Origin: Raja brachyura
Taxonomy: Eukaryota
Assembly (NCBI GenBank): GCA_963514005.1
Contig: OY740792.1
Span: forward strand, 35,960,001-36,024,000
Reading direction: 5' to 3'
DNA: 64,000 nucleotides
Positions within the stretch are counted from its first letter, which is position 1, and each line of letters opens with the position of its first letter. A program made the translations under genes and the position numbers. Shown one piece after another: positions 24,046 through 38,182 of the stretch. The notes beneath the pieces are model-generated. The model made no database searches, was not told the origin of the DNA, and was given only the letters and a program-made list of their open reading frames with translations.

Positions 24046-26639
24046 GAATTATTCTCTGTTCTCTGTTCTATATTAAGTTTATTTTAAATATATTCCTGCA
24101 CTGTTAAAACTGCCCGTGGAATGACTGAGACTCGTGAATTAACAACTATTTAATTGGGAATTTATTTTTAATGCTAGAGATCCAAAGGGTTAATACATTA
24201 CAGTTATGTTTGGTATAAGCAGTTTAATCCTGGATCATTATCCTGTTATTACCTCGAATACAAAGGCAGAGCAATGTTCTGAGGAGACAGTGGCTAGAAA
24301 AACAGCACACCCCCTCCGAGCCTCCCAGGCAGAGGTTGGTGTCTGATCTCATTCTCAAAGACTCCAGCAGTAAGATCGCCCTTCATCCTGCTGCCTTTGA
24401 CATTTTCATCAAACCCTCGCCAATTTGCTACTCTGTTTTCATCCATGCCCAATAATTACAGGAGTTATTCTTAACTCCTGTCAAATCCACTGTGGTAATT
24501 TCAGCTTAATTACCTTGGTTCTTTTCCTGTACTGAGTAGGTAAAATATAAAACCTGTGCACGGTTCAGATAAATGTGTTTAAGAAACTGATACTAGTTTT
24601 TATTTAATATTGAAGCATTAATGAATCTGATCAAAGACAACACCCTTTTAGCAGCTGGAGTATTTAACATGTCAGTAAATGGTCGCTCTGGGTTTGGTTG
24701 ATTCTAGAATTGATTTTACATGATTCGTGTGGAAGATTGGATTAGAGGGTATTAGCTATAAGCAGAGGTTAGAGAAACGTGGATTGTTATCCCTGCCTCA
24801 CTTGGCCTAGGCACCTCATTTGTAGATGGACTTCCGGGGGGGATTTCAAGTGTATTCCCGTAATTTTGTTCGAATTAAATGAGATGCCGGACCATCAGTT
24901 GATGGGAAATCGGTGATGGACCCACAACAGGGAGAAGGCAGGAGAATGTGGTTGAGAGGGAAAAATAGCTCAGCCACTATCAAATGGCAGAGCAGACTTG
25001 ATGAGCCGAATGTTCTCATTCTGTTTTTATATCTTATGATGTGCATTATACCACTGAATAGTAGCTGGTCATGGAATTTCAAGAATTGACCAGGTTTGAG
25101 CCAAGTATAGAGGGTTATATAAAGGTTAATTGATTTAATTGACTAAATTAATCCCATTTAATCACAAATATCTTTATCATAGTAGGACATTTCTATCCTT
25201 TCAATATCACTGTAGTCTGTTGTAATTATAAGAGTTAATTTTTGTTTCTGTATATTAGTCAGACGGTGGTATTTAAATAGATCTGAGTGTTAAAATAGCC
25301 CAGGCTTTGTTTATTCTCAAGTAGTCAGTAAGTTTCCAATTTATTCTTCCACTTACCTGCATCTTCTTCTGCTGCTCGCATCCGATAGAAAGTTCAGAAG
25401 CTTGAAAGTGCACAGCATCAGACTCGGGAACAGCAGAGCCCATTCAGTGGCTTCCATTGAAAATTATTCTGTGATCCCCATGATCCCAGTAAATCAGAGT
25501 TGATCTGGAGACACAAATAACTACAGACAGTGGTCTACAAAATAGACACAAACTGTTGGGAGTAATTTACTGGGTCAGGCAGCATCTCTGGAGAGCATGG
25601 ATGGGTGACGTTTCGGGTCGAGACCACAATCCCTCCCACCGCAATTGGTCTAAAGAAGGGCCCTGAATTGAAATGTCACCTATCTGTCTTCTCCAGAGAT
25701 GCACCCTGACTCTCTGAGTTACTCCAGTGCTGTGTGTCTATTTTTTTATCTTTCATAAGTTTAAAAGACATAGGAGCAGAATTACACCATTCGGCCCATT
25801 GAGACTGCTCCTCCATTCAATCATGGCTGATCTATTTTTCTCACTGAACCCCATTCTCTTGCCTTCTCTCCGTAACTTTTGACACCCTTAGTAATCCAGA
25901 CCATATCAATCAATCTAAAATATAAAAATACCCAATGCTAGCCTCCACCATTGTCTGTGACATGCTTTGACTAAAGAAATGTCTCCTCATCTCCATTCTA
26001 AAGGTACGTCTTTTTATTCTGAGGCTGTGCCCTCCGGCCCTAGACTCTCCCTTTACTGGAAAGATCCTCCCCACATCTAGGTACATAGTTGATCTGATTT
26101 ACTCTGCACCATGCCAGCTGAGCTCACCAGGCAAGGCAAATGCTGATGCATCCTGCCACATATGACAGTAGTGTGAAAAAGGGTCCTGACCCACAACGTC
26201 ATCTGTCCATTCCCTCGACAGATCCTGCTGAATGCATCCAGCGCTCTGTTTTGCTCAAGATTCCAGTTCCTGGTGCCCCCCCAAAATGTATAACCATTGC
26301 CTCCTCTCTGGCGCCATAAATCATTGATACTAATCATTGGTTTAAGGAGAGGGGAGAAAGATTTAAAAGGAACCTGAGGAGCAACTTTTTTTTTAAAGAC
26401 AAAGTGTGGAATGAGCTGCTGGAGGAGGTAGTTGAGGTAGGTACTATCACAACATTTGAAAAACATTTGGACATGTAGGATAGGATCGGTTTAGAAGGAT
26501 ATGGGTCAAACACATGCTGGTGAGATTTGTGTAGAAGAGGCAGGTTGGTTGGTATGGGCAAGTTGAGCCCAAGAGCCTATTTCTGTGCTGCACGACTTAA
26601 TGACTTTAGTTCCCAATTACTGGGCTCTCAGACCTCTCC

Positions 26640-27450
26640 TGGAATAGTTGCTACCAGTGCTATTGTATAATAATTTCTGACCAATATCATATGTCATTTG
26701 GGTTCACCATGGACACTTAGCCTTGAACCTAGTTTAGTTTATTATCATAATCCTTTTTGTAAACACGACTGACTTCCAGAGGGACAGTGAGACTGATTGT
26801 GCTTGACAATGTTTGACTGAGTGCAATACCAAGATCCATAATCAAAATGGTTAGTGGATTTAAGTGGAAAAGCTCTCCAATTGCTGTCTTAACTGTCACA
26901 AATGTAGTTAGCTGTGATGGCTGTGAGCATATCATCTCAATCTCAGGCCATGTATGATTTCTTCAAGCCACCATTCTATATTCTTTGCACATTCACCAAC
27001 TGACAATGTGATGTTTACCATGCTCGAACTGTTCAGCTCAGCTTGTAATTGCAAGATGAAGGTAGTCCATGCTTGTATGCAGGAAGACATAGACAGCATA
27101 CAGAGCTGCACTCGTAAATGACAAACTGTGCTGTACAACTGATAGTCCATTCCAGTCAAGAGAGAACCAAACTACCTCCCATCCAGTGGCACCATCATTG
27201 TTATGCTCTCCTTCCAATAGCATCTTGGGAGTGGCCAATGATTAGAGACTCAACTGGACCAGCTGCAAAGAAAGATGAATTTGGGAGCGAATATGAAAAT
27301 GTACAATGTGCATCACACCAGAATCCTTTGCGTGGTTCCATCATCTGCAGCTATAAGTCAAGAGTATAATGTAATAATTCCCATTTGACTGGAAGGATAA
27401 AGCAACAGCAACATCACATTAAAGAATAAAACAGCCCAGGTGATTAGTTT
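26640..27450 (+). mobile_element. Ancient, highly degenerate LINE RT remnant (clade uncertain)
   Basis: Decayed LD..FD.V..G..GK.LQ-like RT segment with no intact ORF. Confidence 0.4.
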
Positions 27451-30400
27451 CCAATTTCCCAGACAGGGAGAGTCTTGGAGCCATACAACATGGAAACAGA
27501 TCCTTCTGCCCAACACCAGAGTACAGCAGCGTGAGAAATATTAATTTTCAGATAAAATTTTGGCTCTTTGAGCTGGACACAAGAAAGTATAATGCTCTAT
27601 TGGAAGACGAATGAGGAATTTTTCCAATGTTGTGGCTAACACATAATTCACCCAATGTATGCCAGCAATGCAGCTTCTCAGGTTGTTTACCTTGATACCA
27701 TTCGTCAACTATAAAAGCAAAATCAATCACTGGGGTGAGAGAAGAGATGTCAACGAGCCAGCAGGTCTTTAAATAGAAACATTTTGTTTCACAATCACAG
27801 CTGTTTAGACTGAGAGCTGAATCCATTACAATTTTTTTCAAGATCCAACATTTTATTAACAACTAAATTACACGAGGATTCAAACAAAGCGCATCACAAT
27901 GTAAAATTCACATTAAACATTTGTATCACAAAGTAAATTCAGCCGTATCATGCACTATTGATACATAGAAAATTTCTAAAATAGGATGTCCATCCAAACA
28001 ATGTGAAATTGGGAATATCCCAACAAGTTAAGCTATGTTTACATTCCAACTGAAGTGCCCATTGAATATAGGAGTTTTAGATTAGAATACATATTACAGT
28101 GCAAACAGTACGAAAATTTTGTGGTTATGGTTTGCAGTAAAGGCTTCCACCTCACAATAAAAAAATTAACACCGCGATAACTGAGTAACAAGACACGCCT
28201 AAATAATTGCCTGCCCAGCAAGAAGCTTGTGCATCAAGCTGGTGTGTGACACTTATGACCCATAGTTTAATTTTAATATTGCAAAGCTCGTTAAACACGT
28301 TGACTATAAGACTTCAAACCAGGATGGCCATGTTATGTATAACACCTCATAGAATCAAGGAACTGCAGATTCTGGTTAATACACAAAAAAGGACACATTG
28401 CCAGAGAAACTCAGGTCAGGAAGCATCTCTGGAGAACATGGATAGGTGATGTTTAAGATCGAGAACCCTAAACGTCATCTATCCATGTTCTTCAGAAATA
28501 CTGCCTGACCTGCTGAGTTACTCCTGCAATTTGTGTCCTTTTTTAATATATACCTCTCCTTGAAGGCAGTGCAGGGAGTCTAAATTTATGATGATATATG
28601 CCATCACTATAGTTACAAAGTGCAACAGTTTTGTTTAGTGACAACAATACAAATTGACTAGAATTGATCAAATGCAACTTGGCCAAAGCAGAACCTTCTG
28701 ACTGGTCAAATTTGTAAAGATTTGAGAAATCGTGAATTAAAAAAAATTCATTTCTGAAGAAACTCTGGATCCAATTGGATCTAACTTTAGACAATAGACA
28801 AAAGGTGCAGGAGTAGGCCATACGGCCCGTAACGTTTAGAGTTTAGGCGGAAGTTTAGAGATACTGTGTGGAAAGACACCCTTTGGCCCACTGAGTCCAC
28901 ACCGACCATTGATCACCGGCACACTAGTTCCATGTTATCCCACTTTCGCATCCACTCCCTATACTCTGGGGACAATTTACAGAGGCCATTTAACCTACAA
29001 ACCCGCACATCTTTGGGATCTGGGAGTTCCTGGAAAAATCCACGTGGTCATGGAAAATTTGCAAACTCCACACAGACAGCATCCGTGGTCAGGATCGAAT
29101 CTGGGTCTGTGGCGCTGTGAGTCAGCACCTCTGCCGCTGCGTCACTATGCCTGCCGCCTTTAGTGACAAATGATTGTTCTTGTAAGAGAGACACAAGAGA
29201 TTGCAGCTGCTGGATCACGAAAAAGACGCAAAGTGCTGGAACCAGGTACCATTCACATAACCCATCTCCAGCCAGAAGAGCTCAATCCAAAATGTCACCT
29301 ATCCATATTCTCTAGAGATGCCGAGGTACTCCAGCACTTTGTGTCTTTTATTGTTCATGTATAGCCTGTTTAACCCCACATTCCAAGGTCCAGCAACAAA
29401 TGGCATGGAAATTTCAGATTGTGACTGCAAGATTAGGATGAATGCCATTAACGATGGAGTTAGTGTAGTTCTGGGAAATAAATTAAATTTGATAACTGTA
29501 AATTAGATGGGAAGTTTAACGTAGCTTAATTTCACTCATATTTACCTTTCAGCAGGAACATTCATCCCAACCAAATATCCTTTGATCATTCAATTATAAA
29601 TGCACTCCAGTATGCTGATGGAAAAGATGCTGTTTTATTTAAGTATTTAATGAATTTACTATGATGGGTAAGTAATGCAAAATTATGTATTCATGAAGCA
29701 CTGTGTCAAATTTGATTTTGACTTTAAGGATGCATTTAATTATTATTTAGCAAGGGTATGAATTTACAACCTCTTGCCTCTGAAATTCAAATGTACGCAG
29801 GATTGGAGGGGGATTTGGCCTGTCCCTCAGAACATCATAGGATCAGGAAGAGATCATTTGCCTGTTCAAATCTGCTCTGTTCCAAGATCATAGCTGATCG
29901 TCCTTCTCTCTACTTTCCCCAGACAAACAGGCAAGCTAATCCCAGAGCTTGCGTTTCAGCTGATGAAAGAACTGGAAGACCGAGACCTCAGTTTGATTGA
30001 TTGAAAGATACAACATAAAAACAGGCCCTTCGGCACAATGAGCCCACGTTGTCTATTGATCACCTGTTCACACTAGTTCTAATTATCCCACTTTCTCATC
30101 CACAGTACGGGCAATTTACAGAGGCCAATTAAACAATAAACCCTCAAGTCTTTGGGATGTGGGATGAAACTGGAGCACCCGGACAAAATCCATGTGATCA
30201 CAGGGAGACCGTACAAACTCCATTTAGACAGTACCCGAGGTCAAGATCGAACCCAGGTCTTTGGCGCTGTAAGGCGGCAACTCTACCGCTGCTCCACTGT
30301 GCTACCCGTTGTGCCAAAAGGCATAATTCCTTGCTGGATGAGTCTGATTGAATCAATAATGAGAAACATTTCCCACCAAGTGGATAACCAAAATGCATAG

Positions 30401-33400
30401 ATTTAAGCAAAATTAAGAGATGAGATTTTATTTTAAATGGTAACTTTTAACAGTGAATTGTATCTTGCAAAATAATGGGGAGGTATATTTTGGGACAAAG
30501 TAGCGAGCTGCATTTTTTAAAGGAAAAAAAAGAGCTAACAAATGATTGATGGTTAAAGTGTACGATTCTGTGAATGACAGCATGTCTAAAGTAATAAGCA
30601 AACCTGGGAAGCAATGAAGCAGGCGAGGAGACTCCCTGGTTGGAATACTGGCATGCCTTCAATTACTCCTTCCTGACTGGCAGCAATTAAATCCATAGTA
30701 TGTTCCAAAGAGTCAAATTGGTCAAACCAGGCAGGAACAGATTAAAGCACGACGTGAACATTTCAATGAAAAAGATAATCAGGTAATGCTTTTATACCAG
30801 ACATAATCGAATATCATATTGAAAATCACTGTCAGACTTAAAATTGGGCATTTGAATGAATTTAAGCATTGAAAAGTTGTTCATATTCCAACGGGATTCC
30901 ACTGAGATTAGGAGAATTGAGAAATTAACATATTGAAGAAAATAAAAAGAGTTAGAGTTTCAAGTGGTCATCATATTCTGGTCATCATTTTCTATTCAAT
31001 TATACTCGATATGCAATTCTGCTTCAGACTTTAAAAATTGAAGATTAAAAAATACTCACTTTGATTAAATGCTTTAATTCAAAGTAGAAATAAATTATGA
31101 ATTATATTTCTTCACAGATTGTGAAGAAAAACTTGAAATGTTAATTTTTATTTTGTGAAATTAACATTTATTTTTTATTAGCTTACAATATATTTTTTAT
31201 TATTGTCACCTGTACCGAGATATAGTAAAAAGCTTTTTTGTTACGAACTATCCAGTCAGCGAAAAGACTATACATGATTACAATCAAGCAGACCACTGTA
31301 CAGACACAGGATAAAGGGTGCAAGATAAAGTCCAGTAAAGTCTGACTAAAGATAGTTTGAAGATCTCCAATGACGTAGATGGGGGGGGGGGGGGGGGGGT
31401 CAGGACTGTCTCTTCCTCTTTTTTTTAGAATAGTTTATTTCCATCCAGATACATTGATGACAACGAAGAATTTCAATTGGATTTTATATACAGAACCCGA
31501 TTTGAATGGAGGATGTTGGTCTGTATTTCCAATTTATAGAAAACTGCTTTTATCTCCAGTAGATAGTGAAAGCATAAAAAAATATGTTCATAATTATTAC
31601 CCTTGGAAAATTGCAGCATTTGCAATTGTTCCTTCATAATCTATTTCCCTGGAGGGTATGATGAGAATACTGTACATCATTCATGTCATTATACATCCAT
31701 TTAAATATTAATGAAGGAGTATGCTTGCATGACATGTATTGCCAAAATAATGCTGACCATAGGAATTTTTCTACACCGTGCATTGAAGTGCCAAACACAA
31801 ACTTTTAAATGCCGAGTGTTTCATATTCCTTTTCAATTATTCAATCGTCTGCAAAGTATTTGTGCATTCACTCAAGCTCCAAAGGAGATCCAATTATATT
31901 TGCTTTTTGAAGTTGCTATGGTCTTTCGAGCTCTAAAGTCTAGCGCTGAATGGGTTATGTCTTTCTCAGCTTAATCTGCCTAGACTTAATTGGTATATAC
32001 CTGTAATTGCTCCCTTATTCCTGCATTGCTACCGTGGTGCCAAATGTTGCAGTTCATAAATATCAGGATCATTTCATTCTGTTAGACAACTCAGCAGGTC
32101 ATTCCAAGAAAGTTAGAATTTGTTGTCTTGACCTAGTTACAGAGAAGAAGCTGGTTTAGATTTAGTACCTTGGTCGCATGAACGAGTTGGGCCAAAGCCT
32201 CTCCATCATCAACTCCATCTGCCTCAGGAAAGCAGCCAACATATTCAAGGACCTTTCCCCAACCTGGTCATTACTTCTTCTTCCCGCTCCCGTCAGACAA
32301 CAAATACAAAAGCTTGAATGCACGCACCATCAGACTTTCTCCCCTCTGTTATCAGACTTCTGAAAGATTCTCCCATAGGTCAGTCCCAATCCTCCAACCA
32401 ACCTCATTGCAAATATTGTACTTTTTGTCTGGAACTGTAATGCTCCAATGCTGTAAAACTATATTCTGCACTCTGGTATTCTTCTGTTAGCTCTACCCGT
32501 TATACTATGCGTGGCTTGATTGTATTCTTGTATAGTATGATCTGAATGCAGAGCAGCACAGTGGCGTAGCGGTCGAGTTGCTGCTTTAAAGCGCCAGAGA
32601 CCTACATGTGGTGTGTGTATGAAGTTTGAACTTTCTCTGTTATCATGTAGGTTTTCTCCGGGTGCTCCACTTTCATCCCATATTCCAAAGACATGCAGGA
32701 TTGCAGGTTAATTGGCTTCTGTATATGATCCTAGTGTATAGGAAAGAGCTAGTGTGAGCAGGTTATCGCTGGTTGGCATGGACTCGGTGGGACGAAGGAC
32801 CTGTTCCCACGCTGTATCTCTAAACTAACCTAAACAATTAGCTTCTCGTGGAATCTCGGTCCACCAAGAGGGCAAGTAGCAGTGCTGGTTTAAAAGCCTC
32901 ACTCTTGGAGACAGCAAGGAGCTGCGAGATGATAGTAGAGGAATTGAGAGGGTTTGGAAGAGGAATGGGATTAAAAATGAAAGAGGTGAGTGAAGGGAGA
33001 GGGAACCAACAGATAACTTGCACACAGGAGAAACCGTAGAAGCCAGTTAGGGGTAGGGAGAAAATGATTGGGAGACCATGCAAGGGAAACTGCTGGAGGA
33101 AAGAGTGAAGGGGTGGACAGGGATGGACCAAGGAAAAGGATGGGGGCAAGATTATGTGCGTGCATGTTAAGTTGGTGCACAAAAGCTTGGTACCCAGACC
33201 CAACCCCTACCTCTCGCTTTTTTCTTGCTCTCTTCCCTGTACCCAACCCAGATGTTCATCACTTCTCCTACTATCCCCCCCCCACATTCCTCCCCTTCCA
33301 CCCATATCCGTCCTTCCAGCTTCTCTTCACTCCTGTTCTCCCCTTTTATCTCACATCCTTTTGTCTTCTTTTCATCTCTGGCCTTTGTCCACTAATCTGT

Positions 33401-36382
33401 CAATCATTCCCTCACCACCCACCTCACCTGTATCCACCTATCACTTGCCAGGCTTTGTCCTTCCCGCACTCCTACACTGCAATCAATCTGAAGACGGGTC
33501 CAAACCTGAAGCGCCACCTATCTATGTCTTCCACAGAGGTTGCCTGACCTGCTGAGTTACTCCATCACGTTGTGTATTTTTTAGCAAAGCTAGGTTTCCT
33601 GTTGCCTTGGATCTCCCTACCATTGGACCAGAACACTACTCTATCAAGATCATGTGGCTCGCAAAGACCAGCTCACATTACACACCGAAGCATGTCCATC
33701 TCAAGACCATGGTGGAAGCACGTCACATTCTGTTCTGATAGACTGCCTACAAAAGGTCAATGGTTAAATGTCTTTGCTGTTTTGGTAATAAAGATATCAT
33801 GTTACATTGAGCACATACCGTATTCACTTGAAGATCTTTGGGCTACATAGTTAGTCTGACAATGAATCCGACATCTAAATTCAGACTTAGATGACATACC
33901 ATATCTTGAAACAACTCCTGAAACATATCCTGAAACAACTCTTGATCAATAAACATAGTCTAAACGCATGCTTCAAGGAAACTTCAGACCGCCTGGTTAC
34001 CCTGTTGTTAGCCATGAATCATCTCTGCTCGTAAAGTACAGACACCAAAACTTGAACACATTCAACACTTCAAGGAGCAAAATACCGTCTGAACCTCTTA
34101 TTGGTTTTGTCTGGAAGGAACATCTAAGAAAAAAAACAGAAATTGTAAGGATCTGACAAGAACCACCAGCTCTTTTGTTCATTAGTTCTGTTAATGACAG
34201 GATCTGTTGTTGCCAGGGTTAAGGGCCTTTAAGGCCAAGATAAAACTCTATTTTAAGAACTTGAAATCAGGGTCCCAAAACGTGGCGACTCTTTGTGTAC
34301 TGCCTCAGCGTAATCTACTATCCCTCCACTACAATTGTGCCCTTCTTGTACTTGTATGATTGTGCTTATGTATAGTATGATTCTACTGAACTGTACGCAC
34401 AACAAAGAATTTCACTGTATTTAGGTACGTGTGATAATAAAGCACCATTGAACCACTGAATGAGATCAATAGTGCAGAAGCTAAAACTGTTTAAGTTTGC
34501 AGTGATTTACAATGGACTATGTCATTATATAGAGATTATATGCGATACAATAGGAGTATTCTTCACATGGACTAACTATAAAAATAGCTGCTGCTGATCT
34601 GATCAGCTTGCTTGATGTGATCAGCTATGAAATCATTAAAGGCTGTATCAAATAATCAACTATTAATTAAAACCATGTGGTTCCTGCAATAAAAGCATCA
34701 GCTTGGAAACAGGACCATTGGCTTAGAGAGTCCACGCCGACCATCGATCACTCGTTAACACCATGTTATCCCACTTTCTCATCCACTCCCTACACACTAG
34801 GGGTAATTTTACAGAGGCCAATTAACCTACAAACTCGCACGTCTTTGGGATGTGGGAGGAGACCCATGCAGTCACAAGGAGAATGTGCAAACTCCACACA
34901 GACAGCACCCGTAGTCAGGATCGAACGCGGGTCTTCAGCGCCTGAGGCAGCAACAGTACCGCTGTGCTGCCCCATTTGTGTTTTTAAGTTTGATTTTGTA
35001 ATTTAAAATGGAGTTGCTTTGTTGAGAGTTTCTTTGAAGATTCTTCACAGCAAGGATGATGTGATTTAGTTTGGCAGATTTTACAGCAAAGTCTAACATC
35101 CTGGTAACAACTTGAACTCTGTAGGGCATTAGATTTGTTCAGATCTGTAACCCTTTCTCTTGATCAAACAGCACTCTTTCAAATAACACTATTGAAACAA
35201 AACAGGCAAATATAATGAAATATTTTCAAACACGGAATAAAAAGTTATTTCAAAAAGTGCAAAAAAAAGTATTAAAAAAACTGCATGAAAACTCCATTCT
35301 ATAAAGTTGCAGCTTGATCAGACATCCGTATCAAAAATTCATAAACAAGAAAGATTGGCTGTACTTGCTAATAATCTGCTTAATCTTCATCTGTACTCAC
35401 TGGAAGGAATAGAATTTTGTTGTCCCACATTCTGCATTTGGGTAAGTTGTCTCAGTTTGGGTCAGAATGCAATTACAACATTAAGGAACATCATTGCCTA
35501 CACAAAATGTCCTCCTTGGCTTCTCCATTGCACACCCCTTTGATCAAATGTGGAGTTTCGCCTGACACAATATCGATGAACCTTCAGTCCCATGGCTTTT
35601 CCTTGGTTTCCATGAATATCCCACTCTTTTTCCATGCCTTCCATTGTTCAGTATTCAAGTTGTGCTGGTTACCAGGGATCTGACTGGATAACAGTCCATC
35701 CAGTTGCAACTTGCTTTCGATATTACATTGACTCTTCGGTTCATTGACCAAACTGATTGGGCAATTAAAAGAAAAAATATTCTCCTTCATAGTTCAATCC
35801 TTTTTGACCATCGTACAGTTGTGTATTCGTAACATTTAGAAGATTATCTGGTTTTAATGACATCAGACCTATTACACATAGCAGACTAATGTAATACGCA
35901 GAGTGCTCATGCAGTGAAAATAGTTGGCAAATTAGGACTAGAAATTCATCGACAGTCCGAGGCACTAACCCAGCCAAACAGCAGCAATGGTACATTGCGT
36001 TCAGTCTGGAATTTCAGAGGCAAACGCAGCACAGTGTTGCTGATGTATGCTGCAGTCAGTGCTATACAATCAAGAATGAACTTCCATTTAAAGATAAACA
36101 CATTAGTGTGAAACAAAATATACCAGCTACACAAAGTAAGTCTTCTAGGTGCATTTGGGAAGGAGGCCAATTGAGCCAAACATTTTAACGATAAAAGTAC
36201 AATTTCTTCCCCCATTTCTCAATCGATTGACCCTCAGGATCTTTATTCATGATACAAGGGTTGGAGGATGTTGCTTTCAAATTTTGATCATCTTTTTTGG
36301 GGCGAATATTCACCTCTAGTTCAATATTACCTCAGTTGAACATCAATTTATTTGTCCAAAATTATTTTCTCTTTTTCCTTTG

Positions 36383-36633
36383 TTACGCGATGCTTCCTGG
36401 TCCTATTCGGAAATCCGGTGGCTCAAGACTTGTTGGGGAATAAGTCACCGCGGGCTCTTTAATCCAGAGTAGCGGAACACCATTCTTTGCATCAGACTTT
36501 TTCTGCGAGTTTAGAGTCTTGTAGCGTGTAAGTAAAATGGCAATAAGTAGGACCCCAAAAATTGGAAAGGGATAAAAGAATATGAAGTAAAACAGAGCAT
36601 CGTTTGAACAAATCGCTTGATGAAGGGAAGAAC
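36383..36633 (-). CDS. IGSF3: Last coding exon of the EWI Ig gene: transmembrane helix and cytoplasmic tail, IGSF3-like
   Basis: tgcag|GT acceptor, phase 1, ends in TAA. ICSNDALFYFIFFYPFPIFG..KNGVPLLWIKEP..YSPT.LEPP closely resembles the IGSF3 C-terminus as recalled. Orthology (IGSF3 vs CD101) is unresolved. Confidence 0.8.
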
Positions 36634-38044
36634 CTGCAGAAAACAAATACCAAAAAAGATCAGAAACTTGCTTTTAGATTAGTTTAGAAATACAGCATGG
36701 AAACACACCCTTCAGTTTACCAAGTCCACGCCGACCATTGATCACCCGTTCACACTACCGCAATGTTATCCCACTCTCTCATCCACACCCTTCATATTAG
36801 GGGCAATCTAGAGGCCAATTAACCTACAAACCTGCATGTCTTTGGGATGTGGGAGGAAACTGGCACATGGAGAATGTGCAAACTTTACACAGATAGCACC
36901 AAAGAAAAGGATTGAACTGAGATCTCTAGCGCTGTGAGGCAGTGCCTCTACCAGCCACACAAATATCAATTTCCAATTTATTTCCTGTCATTCTCGTTAT
37001 GCTAGTTGATATTTATTTCCCGTCACTAAATTATGAGGCACACACTGTGCCAAAGACAACTCCTTTGTTCTAACTAAAAAACATACTGAGAACAGCACTC
37101 TGCCGCCTCGGCATGTCTTTCATCCAAGGCATTTGAAAGATTATCACCTTGTGATCCGATGGGGGAAAAATAATCAAGAAGGCAAATGTTACTCTGAAAT
37201 TGGTGAAGAGCTCCTGAATAATTATTATCTTTAATTTGAGTTTCCTCCAGGTACAGAAGATTCATTTCATCGGCAGCTAGCATTTAAAAAGGGTAGAGTT
37301 ACCATAATGTTCTACTCTTTGACATAAACCACGTTATTCTGATTTAGCTGCCTTAACAACTCACAAGAAACTGGGTTACAATTATGAGTATATCCTTTCT
37401 AATTGTGAAGAAGGATTATCCCCACAGAAATGGCATAGTCAATTTTCTTACACTGTTTCACGAGACATCCTATTTATTTCTAGCATTTTCTGCTTTCATT
37501 TCAGACGCAGTCTTTTAGGCTTTCTCTCCCAGCAACCGCACAAAAATGCCTTCATTTAAACTAAATCCAAATTGGTAACAAGGCTCATATTCCCAAAATA
37601 AACGTAGTATTTATATTCTGCACTCTCTTTCATTTCCCTCCACCTATTGTACTTGAGTGCGGTTTGAGTGCATTTATGCATGCTATTATCTGGTTTGATT
37701 GGGTAGCATGCAGAACAGTTTTTCACTGTACGCGTGGCAATAATCAATCTAAACCAAGATAATATGATGCAAATAAGAGTCTAGAACCAGAGGGCGTAGC
37801 CTTAGAATAAAATGATGTACCTTTAAAATGGAGATGAAGAGGAATTTCTTTAGCCAGAGGATTGTGATTCTGTGGAATTCATTGCCACAGATGGCGGCGG
37901 GAGCAAGTCAAAGTTATTGGGTATTTTAAAAGCGGAGATTGGCAGATTCTTGATTAGTAAGGGTGTCAAAGGTTACGGGGAGAAGGCAGGAGAATGTGGT
38001 TGAGAGCAAAAAATAGATCAGTCATAATTGAATAGCAGAGCAGA

Positions 38045-38098
38045 AGGGTGGAAGATTGCAACCTTCACCTGGTCCACCCTGCTTCGACTAATGCAATC
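38045..38098 (+). ncRNA. Predicted minimal HDV-like self-cleaving ribozyme (54 nt)
   Basis: P1 AGGGTGG/CCACCCT, P2 GATTGCA/TGCAATC, P3 ACC/GGT, L3 TTCACCT, G after P1', J4/2 CTAA with putative catalytic C38088. Folded by eye. Confidence 0.75.
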
Positions 38099-38182
38099 AA
38101 CCCGACGTGCACAAACAAATAGATCAAATAGAACAAGTTGACTTGCAACTTTAGGCTGTGCACGCTATACGCAAGGAGAAGA
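38045..38182 (+). mobile_element. ~138-bp non-autonomous retroposon with an HDV-like ribozyme head and (AAG)n-type tail, copy 1
   Basis: 11-bp TSD AGCAGAGCAGA (38034-38044 / 38183-38193); homologous to 57979-58112; inserted in a CR1 3' UTR. Confidence 0.85.

Noticed and set aside
27540-28330. Repeat-free intergenic stretch with short ORFs
   Set aside because: No recognisable protein motif or consistent splice pattern; cannot be called from sequence alone.
30447-30662. Possible decayed Ig exon next to the duplicated 100-bp block
   Set aside because: Minus-strand frames near the expected donor show no Ig Cys/Trp/YYC motifs.
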